Positions 1 through 5,852 of a stretch of DNA of 38,947 nucleotides are shown here, in pieces. Each line of letters opens with the position of its first letter. Within the stretch, counting starts at the first letter, position 1. The translations under genes were made by a program, and so were the position numbers. Under the pieces are notes generated by a model. That model worked only from the letters and a program-made list of their open reading frames with translations, had not been told where the DNA came from and did no database searches. The stretch is from a virus, in IMG/VR virus record IMGVR_UViG_3300017598_000261, positions 1 to 38,947 of that record, one strand, 5' to 3'.

Positions 1-121
1 TAGACCAACAGACGGAGGAACTCAGATTCAAGTTTACTATGGAGAAGACACAAGTAATCTCTATATATGGAACACTGTTAATAAGACATGGGAAACAGTC
101 TAGACTTGTGATATAATACCA
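1..121. repeat. Terminal direct overlap, copy 1 (identical to 38827-38947). Indicates a circular assembly or terminally redundant genome of 38,826 unique bp.
   Basis: The string tagaccaacagacgg...cttgtgatataatacca is present at both window ends, 121/121 identical by eye. Confidence 0.95.
2..103 (+). CDS. 3' fragment (duplicate copy) of the 87-aa gene annotated at 38666-38929.
   Basis: Translates RPTDGGTQIQVYYGEDTSNLYIWNTVNKTWETV*, identical to the C-terminus of ORF 38666-38929. It lies inside the terminal overlap. Confidence 0.9.
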   Translation, partial: RPTDGGTQIQVYYGEDTSNLYIWNTVNKTWETV

Positions 122-162
122 ATAGGATAAAGTACATCCACTCTTTTAGGGGTGGTTTTTTT
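107..162 (+). promoter_or_regulatory. Late cassette copy 1: extended -10 promoter, -10-like TAGGAT, hairpin, T7 tract.
   Basis: TGTGATATAAT 107-117 with no -35 match. TAGGAT 123-128. Stem CCACTCT 138-144 / GGGGTGG 149-155. T7 156-162. ATG at 163 follows directly. Confidence 0.7.
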
Positions 163-1080
163 ATGGCAGTTAATCAAAACATGGAATTTCCAGTACATGC
201 AGAGAGCGGAACAGCTCGACCAGGCGACAATACTAATATATATGATCGTGGTGCTTGGGGTTCTTCTACACCTGGTTCAACAGCACAACCAACCCCACAA
301 ACATCGAAGTATGCACCAACAGGAGCTCAATCAGCTAGTGCTCAACAATCTGGATATAATAACCCAACAGCAGTAAATCAAAGTGATAAATCTTTTGGCA
401 CAGATGCAGAACAGTTCATGATTGAACCATTTATGCAACCATTTGATTATGGACAACAGAGAGCAGAGGGAGCAGATTTTAGAGATAGATTTACAGGTTT
501 TCTAGAGGGTCAAGAAACAGCACAGCAAGTTAGAGATAGATTCGCAAACCGCTATGGTTATGATGATCAACAAGAAAACTACTTAAGAACTAAAGAGAGC
601 GCAGAAGATGTTATGTCTTCTATTCGTGGATTACCAGATCAAATACAAAGTCGTGCAAGCGATACTGTAATGACAGCGGGTCAGGTAGCTAATATTCAAA
701 ATCAAGAAGTCGGTGATTTAATGAAAACCTATACTCAATTAGGTGAGCTTAATGAGAGACAAGGCAGACGCTTGGCTATGACTGAGCAAAACATGAATCA
801 AGCCGCTCAACTAGAAATGGCACAACAACAGAAGATGATGACACCTTGGTTGCAGGAATACCAAGATAAAAACATTATGCAAGCTCGTGAATATAGTGGG
901 TGGACATTCGCATCTCAATTAGAATTAAATAGACTAGTAGCTAATCAGCAAGCAGGTTTTAACTGGACAAACGCAGAGTCAAATAGAGCTCATGATTTAG
1001 CAATGCAAGAGAATGCATTTCAAAACTCTTTAGAATACATGGATAAACAAAACGAATTAGCAGACCAATTCTGGGGATAA
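163..1080 (+). CDS. Hypothetical Q/N-rich protein, first gene of a putative internal-virion/ejection-protein operon.
   Basis: 305-aa ORF starting immediately after the cassette. Tightly packed with the next gene (stop 1080, next ATG 1082). No recognisable motif. Confidence 0.7.
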   Translation: MAVNQNMEFPVHAESGTARPGDNTNIYDRGAWGSSTPGSTAQPTPQTSKYAPTGAQSASAQQSGYNNPTAVNQSDKSFGTDAEQFMIEPFMQPFDYGQQRAEGADFRDRFTGFLEGQETAQQVRDRFANRYGYDDQQENYLRTKESAEDVMSSIRGLPDQIQSRASDTVMTAGQVANIQNQEVGDLMKTYTQLGELNERQGRRLAMTEQNMNQAAQLEMAQQQKMMTPWLQEYQDKNIMQAREYSGWTFASQLELNRLVANQQAGFNWTNAESNRAHDLAMQENAFQNSLEYMDKQNELADQFWG

Positions 1081-1081
1081 A

Positions 1082-2098
1082 ATGCCATATCAAGACCCAT
1101 TCCTACAGCAACAAGAGCAGATAGCAGGTGCAACACCTGGTAGTACTGATATGGTGTCACTAAACATGCCCTCAATGCAAACAGAAACATCAAGTAGAGC
1201 TAAGCAGTTTATAGATACACCAAAACCAGGGCTAGACATAATGGATATGGCTAGATCAAAGGCTCAAAGTAGACAAGGCGGAGAACAGCAGGAATCAAAG
1301 CCATATGATGCTACTGGTAAAACACAAGATCAAATAATGGCAGAGACTGGTCAACAAAGTGAATTAGATAGATCTGGTGGAGAGGTAAAGCCACCCCCTC
1401 AGATGTTTTCACAACCAGCACCACAAGTAAATACTCAGCCAGTCGTTGAGAACATACAACAACCAGTTGAAACACAACAACAAACAAGACAGGGTCTTGT
1501 AAAAGAAGCCCTAGATAATGAAATATCTCAGGAACAGCCATTGCCAGATATGGGGGAAATACCAAAGGCAACACAAAATATTGTTGAAACAGCACTACAG
1601 GAAGAAATAAAACAACCAATGCCACAAGCAGAAACACAAGATGCGGTATTTGGAGGTGATGTAACTGTAACAGCTAAAGCTAATCAGCCATATCTAAACG
1701 GCAGAATAAACAGGGGTACAGACTTTGCAGGTCCAGCAGGTACAAAAGTATCTCTTCCAAAGGGTCAAGAATGGGAAGTTGTAAAATCAAGAAATGATGT
1801 TAAGGCAAGAAGACCAGAGGATTTCAGTGAAGCTCAGAATCAAGGGTGGGGAAACTCACTTGAGGTTAAAAACAAGAAAACAGGTGAAATATTGAAATAC
1901 TCACACATGCAACATGGATCAATGGCAGACTACAAACCAGGCGATACTATTAAGGGTGGTCAGGTTGTAGGTGCTATAGGAAACACGGGAAACACACACG
2001 GTAAAACAGGAAATCACTTAGATGTAGAATATTACGACTCAAGGGGAGCAAGACATGATGTTCTTAAGAGTCAATACGGAAAAGGAATGTTTCAATAA
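1082..2098 (+). CDS. Virion-associated peptidase M23 (LytM-like) domain protein.
   Basis: C-terminal 130 aa reads RGTDFAGPAGTKV...GWGNSLEVKN...YSHMQHGS...GDTIKGGQVVGAIGNTGNTHGKTGNHLDVEY, the M23 layout. The N-terminal half is a Q/P-rich low-complexity linker. Confidence 0.75.
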   Translation: MPYQDPFLQQQEQIAGATPGSTDMVSLNMPSMQTETSSRAKQFIDTPKPGLDIMDMARSKAQSRQGGEQQESKPYDATGKTQDQIMAETGQQSELDRSGGEVKPPPQMFSQPAPQVNTQPVVENIQQPVETQQQTRQGLVKEALDNEISQEQPLPDMGEIPKATQNIVETALQEEIKQPMPQAETQDAVFGGDVTVTAKANQPYLNGRINRGTDFAGPAGTKVSLPKGQEWEVVKSRNDVKARRPEDFSEAQNQGWGNSLEVKNKKTGEILKYSHMQHGSMADYKPGDTIKGGQVVGAIGNTGNTHGKTGNHLDVEYYDSRGARHDVLKSQYGKGMFQ

Positions 2099-2110
2099 AT
2101 AAAGGATATT

Positions 2111-2869
2111 ATGGCAGAACCAACAACAGCAAGTAACCTAGATGAATTCAACGCACAAGCTAGATCTTTTGTGACTAAGGCTAAAGCTGGTGGTGCATCT
2201 AATACAGCTATAATGAATACAATTCGCATGAAGTATGATGGGTTTAAAACAGATCAAGCAAGAAAAATAACACCATATCAACAAGCAATACTAGATAGAC
2301 AGGATAGACAAGACGCTAAGCAAGATGAAAAAGATGCTCAAGATAATTGGACGCTAGTAGATATAAATGGTGATGGAACTATGGAATGGGTAAATAAAAA
2401 AACCCAAGAGGTTAAAGGAAGTGAGTATGGAGCAGGTGATTGGGGAGAACTAGATGAGGCTGGAATGCCAACAGCAGATGGCACTGAAGCACCAACAACT
2501 GAAGAGGGATTTGATAGAGCAGATATGCTTAAAACAGCAGAAGAACAAGCAACAAGAGAGCAATGGATGTCTTTACCAGAAGATGAAAGATTCTTGAAAG
2601 AAGGCGAGGCAGATGTAACTGGTAGAATGTGGCACTCAGGAAATCAACAACCAACACCAGAACCAGATAAAAAAGAGTTTTCTGGAATACTGCCATCAAT
2701 ATGGAGTGGTATAAAAGGAATACCAGGTGCTTTGGGAGAGGCTGGAAATAAAGCAGTAGCATTAAATAAGAGGGATAAGATAAGTAAAAAAGCACTAATG
2801 TTAGGTGAAAGTAGCTTATCAGATGAAGAGAAGAAGTTATACGAAAGTTACAACAATGTCAGCATATAA
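2111..2869 (+). CDS. Hypothetical acidic protein.
   Basis: 252-aa ORF with AAGGA upstream of the ATG. No motif recognised. Confidence 0.65.
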   Translation: MAEPTTASNLDEFNAQARSFVTKAKAGGASNTAIMNTIRMKYDGFKTDQARKITPYQQAILDRQDRQDAKQDEKDAQDNWTLVDINGDGTMEWVNKKTQEVKGSEYGAGDWGELDEAGMPTADGTEAPTTEEGFDRADMLKTAEEQATREQWMSLPEDERFLKEGEADVTGRMWHSGNQQPTPEPDKKEFSGILPSIWSGIKGIPGALGEAGNKAVALNKRDKISKKALMLGESSLSDEEKKLYESYNNVSI

Positions 2870-5057
2870 TTTTTTAGACCCCAACCAAGTAAACGAGTTT
2901 AAGGTTAAAGCTAAAGCCTCAGGTAGATCCTATGGCGAAACACAAGCATATATAAACAATAAACAACGTGAGCAAATGTCTCAGCAGAAGATGGGTCTTG
3001 ATATTCAAAAGCAACAAGTTGAGGGTATGAAAGTACAGCGAGATTTATTAAATTTACAAAGTGGATCAGTTGGGTCAAGAGATCTTCCAGCAGCTAAAGC
3101 AACTGAATTGTCAGATATTAAAAACTCAATTGAATTACTAGATAACTTAAGTGAAACAGTATCTACTAGTGGAGAGTTTGGACAAATTAGGGGTAGAATC
3201 GGAATGATAAACCCTCTAGACACGGGAGCTAAAACAGTTCAAGCACAAACACTTCAAGCAGCCCAAATCATAGGTAGAGCTTTAGAGGGTGGTAAACTAG
3301 CAGAAGGCGATATTGCAAGATATCAAAAGATGTTACCGCAGACAACAGATAGCTCAAAAGTAGCACAAAACAAAATAGATTTATTAAAAAGCACTTTAGA
3401 GGCTCAATACAAAGGAAAGCAAGAGGGATTATCCTCAGCTGGATTTGATGTAGGAGAACAACTAGGAGTGGAATCAGAACAAGAACCAGAAACACCACAA
3501 GCATTTAATATGCTGGGTGAGGTAGCAAAAAAAGGCGACTTAATCAGAAATAACGAAACAGGAGATCTTAGTCATTATGGAATGGTAGATCAAAGACCAG
3601 CAGTATTTAAAACTACCAGTGATGGTGGTGACGTAGATGGTGGATTAGTGCAGTGGCTTAGTGATTCGGAGTTTCTCCCTATTGCAGGCAGTGTAGTTGG
3701 TAGTATTCTCGGTGGTACTGGAAGCGGTATAGCATCGCTAGGACTTGGAACTGCAGCAGGCGGCATAGCTGGTGGAGTAGCTGGTGCTACTATTGGTAAA
3801 AGCATGCAACAAGGCTTAAGGGAGTTATTAAATCCAGAAGAACAAGATTTAAGCGATATGGCTCAAGCGGTTGTGATTGAGGGTGTTACAGACGGAATAC
3901 TAGGTGGGGCAATGTTTGGTGTTGGTGCAGTAGCTAAGCCAGCAATAAAAGGTGTGGCTGGTAAAGTTGGACTTAAAATACTACTTGGAGAAGGTGCAGA
4001 AACAGCTGTTAAACAGATGGGTAAAGAAGCCGTATCTGAAACAGCAGAGGCTGGAGTAAAAACAACTGTTAAAGAGGGAGTAGAAGAAGGATTTAATAAA
4101 AAAACCAGAGATTTGGTTGCTAGAGGATTAGAAATAAACCCCAAAGCAGAACAAAAAGCATATGCTAATAAAACTGGTGGTAGAGACATAGTTGCCGATA
4201 TAATGGAGAGGTATGGAATACCAAAGCCAGGTGGCAAGGAGTTACAAGAAGTAGCTCAGAAAGACTTAAAAGCATCTTCTGCAAAACTAACAAATATACT
4301 TAAAGGAAAAACAGCAAAAACAGCAGATGTAATAGCTGATTTGGAAAAAATACAGTATAAAACAATGACTGAAGGGGCGGAGTTCAAAGCAGGATTAGAA
4401 CCAGCTAGTAACCTTTTAGATAAATATATAACAGAAATTAGAAGTGCTGGCGATGAAATACCATTGCAAGAATTAAACAGCATTAAACTAAGACTACAAA
4501 AAGCATTCCCAGTGGGAAGTGGTGTAACAAAATCATCAACAAAACTAGTAGAGCAAGAATCAGCCACAGTTGTTAAAGAGTTTATAGAAAAATTCCATCC
4601 AGAAATTGAAGGAACAAATAGAGCAAAACAATTATCATACATGGCTATGGAGATTGGTGAAAAACTAAATCAAAAGAAAGCAAAGTCATTCTGGCAATTT
4701 GGAGACCTTCCACTAGGAGTTATTAACCCACCTCTGTTGATAGGTAAAAAAGCATTTGACGCATTTGGTACAGCATTTAGCGAACCACTAACACAAGCAA
4801 AAATGCTAAATAGTGCCTTACAGATGGCTTCAGCTAATGGCAATAAACAGGGTGTAAGAAATACTCTAAGATTTGCAAGTAAACTAGGTATAAGCTTTGG
4901 AGTATCTCCCAATGCAGTCAGCAAGGGTGTACAAGGTGCAGTATCTGGAGCAGGTGCTAGTGCGGTGTCAAATAGTATGGCAGAACCACAACCAGGGTTA
5001 GATTTAGAACAACCAGAACAACCTCAGGATGTACAACCAGGGTTTATGTACCGCTAG
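2856..5057 (+). CDS. Large virion protein with Gly/Ala-rich hydrophobic (glycine-zipper-like) segments. Either tape-measure-like or an internal ejection protein.
   Basis: The track ORF starts at 2805. I prefer ATG 2856 (MSAYNF...), which gives only a 14-nt overlap with the previous gene. Segments GSVVGSILGGTGSGIASLGLGTAAGGIAGGVAGATIG and GILGGAMFGVGAVA look membrane-inserting. Confidence 0.6.
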   Translation: MSAYNFLDPNQVNEFKVKAKASGRSYGETQAYINNKQREQMSQQKMGLDIQKQQVEGMKVQRDLLNLQSGSVGSRDLPAAKATELSDIKNSIELLDNLSETVSTSGEFGQIRGRIGMINPLDTGAKTVQAQTLQAAQIIGRALEGGKLAEGDIARYQKMLPQTTDSSKVAQNKIDLLKSTLEAQYKGKQEGLSSAGFDVGEQLGVESEQEPETPQAFNMLGEVAKKGDLIRNNETGDLSHYGMVDQRPAVFKTTSDGGDVDGGLVQWLSDSEFLPIAGSVVGSILGGTGSGIASLGLGTAAGGIAGGVAGATIGKSMQQGLRELLNPEEQDLSDMAQAVVIEGVTDGILGGAMFGVGAVAKPAIKGVAGKVGLKILLGEGAETAVKQMGKEAVSETAEAGVKTTVKEGVEEGFNKKTRDLVARGLEINPKAEQKAYANKTGGRDIVADIMERYGIPKPGGKELQEVAQKDLKASSAKLTNILKGKTAKTADVIADLEKIQYKTMTEGAEFKAGLEPASNLLDKYITEIRSAGDEIPLQELNSIKLRLQKAFPVGSGVTKSSTKLVEQESATVVKEFIEKFHPEIEGTNRAKQLSYMAMEIGEKLNQKKAKSFWQFGDLPLGVINPPLLIGKKAFDAFGTAFSEPLTQAKMLNSALQMASANGNKQGVRNTLRFASKLGISFGVSPNAVSKGVQGAVSGAGASAVSNSMAEPQPGLDLEQPEQPQDVQPGFMYR

Positions 5058-5184
5058 TCTTTTAAGGCTTCTTCAAAGAAAATAGCAATTCCCATAATTA
5101 GAGCGTAGAAAACGTATCTAAATTTATATAGTGCGTATGCTAGAACGAGTAAAAATATTATCATATAATCAGCATACACTAATT

Positions 5185-5245
5185 TGTGATATAATGGCAA
5201 GTATAGGATCAAACACACATCCACCTCTAACAGGGTGGTTTTTTT
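5185..5245 (+). promoter_or_regulatory. Late cassette copy 2: extended -10 promoter, TAGGAT, hairpin, T7.
   Basis: TGTGATATAAT 5185-5195. TAGGAT 5204-5209. Stem CCACC 5221-5225 / GGTGG 5234-5238. T7 5239-5245. Here an AAAGGAA Shine-Dalgarno and ATG 5262 follow. Confidence 0.7.
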
Positions 5246-5261
5246 ATACATAAAGGAATAT

Positions 5262-5723
5262 ATGCCAAATCCAATGTCACCCGAAATAATGCAAGCAATG
5301 AAAAGAAGGGATGGTGGACAAACACCACCCCCAGATGCGCCTATTTCACAACCAGTGCAACCAATGCCACAGGGCGAGATGACTCAAGCTAGTGGACCAG
5401 CTGGAGCAGCTACACCACAAGCACCAAAGATGCCGAAGTTTGAACCACAAGATCGTCAAGACCTCATTACCGTTGCTTTAATAGAACAGCTCAAGAATGA
5501 TGGTAAATTAGTCAAAGAACAGGGAAAAGCACCAGTTGGAGCACCACAAACTCCACCAGCACCACAACAACCAGCACCAGCACCACAGGGACAAGCTATG
5601 GGTGGTGGAAGCTTTAGCATGTCATCAGGTTTTGAACAGCCTATGCCAGTCAATCAAATGCAGTCTAATTATGGAAATGGAATGGGTAAGGATTATAGCG
5701 GTTTATCAGGTTATGGGAGATAA
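5262..5723 (+). CDS. Hypothetical P/Q/G-rich low-complexity protein.
   Basis: The track ORF begins at GTG 5235 inside the hairpin. ATG 5262 is preceded by AAAGGAA at proper spacing. Confidence 0.65.
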   Translation: MPNPMSPEIMQAMKRRDGGQTPPPDAPISQPVQPMPQGEMTQASGPAGAATPQAPKMPKFEPQDRQDLITVALIEQLKNDGKLVKEQGKAPVGAPQTPPAPQQPAPAPQGQAMGGGSFSMSSGFEQPMPVNQMQSNYGNGMGKDYSGLSGYGR

Positions 5724-5726
5724 AAC

Positions 5727-5852
5727 ATGGAAGCTACAAGAGATGATAACTACATCACTGTATTACTAGCAGTTTCAATGTTAGATTTAGCTACTCCAGT
5801 TAGAATAGCAGTAAATCCAGTTAATAATGCAATTATTGTGGAGCTAGGATAA
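5727..5852 (+). CDS. 41-aa mini-ORF paralogous to the N-terminus of the downstream tail fibre.
   Basis: MEATRDDNYITVLLAVSMLDLATPVRIAVNPVNNAIIVELG*. GGGAGA lies 6 nt upstream. The stop TAA overlaps ATG 5852. About 17 of 36 positions are identical to fibre residues 5-41. Confidence 0.5.
   Translation: MEATRDDNYITVLLAVSMLDLATPVRIAVNPVNNAIIVELG

Noticed and set aside
123-165. TAGGAT in the cassettes acting as a split Shine-Dalgarno brought next to the ATG by the hairpin, as in T4 gene 38.
   Set aside because: After removing the hairpin, about 17 nt (8-10 nt before the stem plus the T7 tract) would still separate AGGA from the ATG, which is too far for SD function. In copies 2 and 4 the real genes have their own SD further downstream. 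It is kept only as a minor alternative.
351-360. Additional TGGATATAAT matches inside coding sequence (351-360 and 30361-30370).
   Set aside because: One or two matches to TGnTATAAT are expected by chance in 39 kb of AT-rich DNA. These lack the flanking TGTG context, the TAGGAT box and the hairpin, and they do not precede ORF starts.
5054-5251. Minus-strand 65-aa hydrophobic ORF occupying the only sizeable + strand coding gap (5058-5261).
   Set aside because: It would be the sole minus-strand gene in the genome. It has no SD-like sequence upstream of its ATG, and the ATG lies inside the cassette-2 hairpin/T-run. Its hydrophobic composition is what AT-rich non-coding DNA yields on translation. 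The gap is better explained by regulatory DNA: a second TCATATAAT box at 5161-5169 plus cassette 2. Residual doubt remains, and it could be checked by strand-specific RNA-seq.
5536-5769. Alternative-frame + strand ORFs nested in or overlapping real genes (152-376, 5536-5769, 8666-8854, 11096-11359, 15245-15433, 27053-27268, 32281-32466).
   Set aside because: They overlap longer ORFs that carry recognisable motifs or proper SD/start geometry. They have odd composition (His/Gln/Leu runs) and lack ribosome-binding sites.
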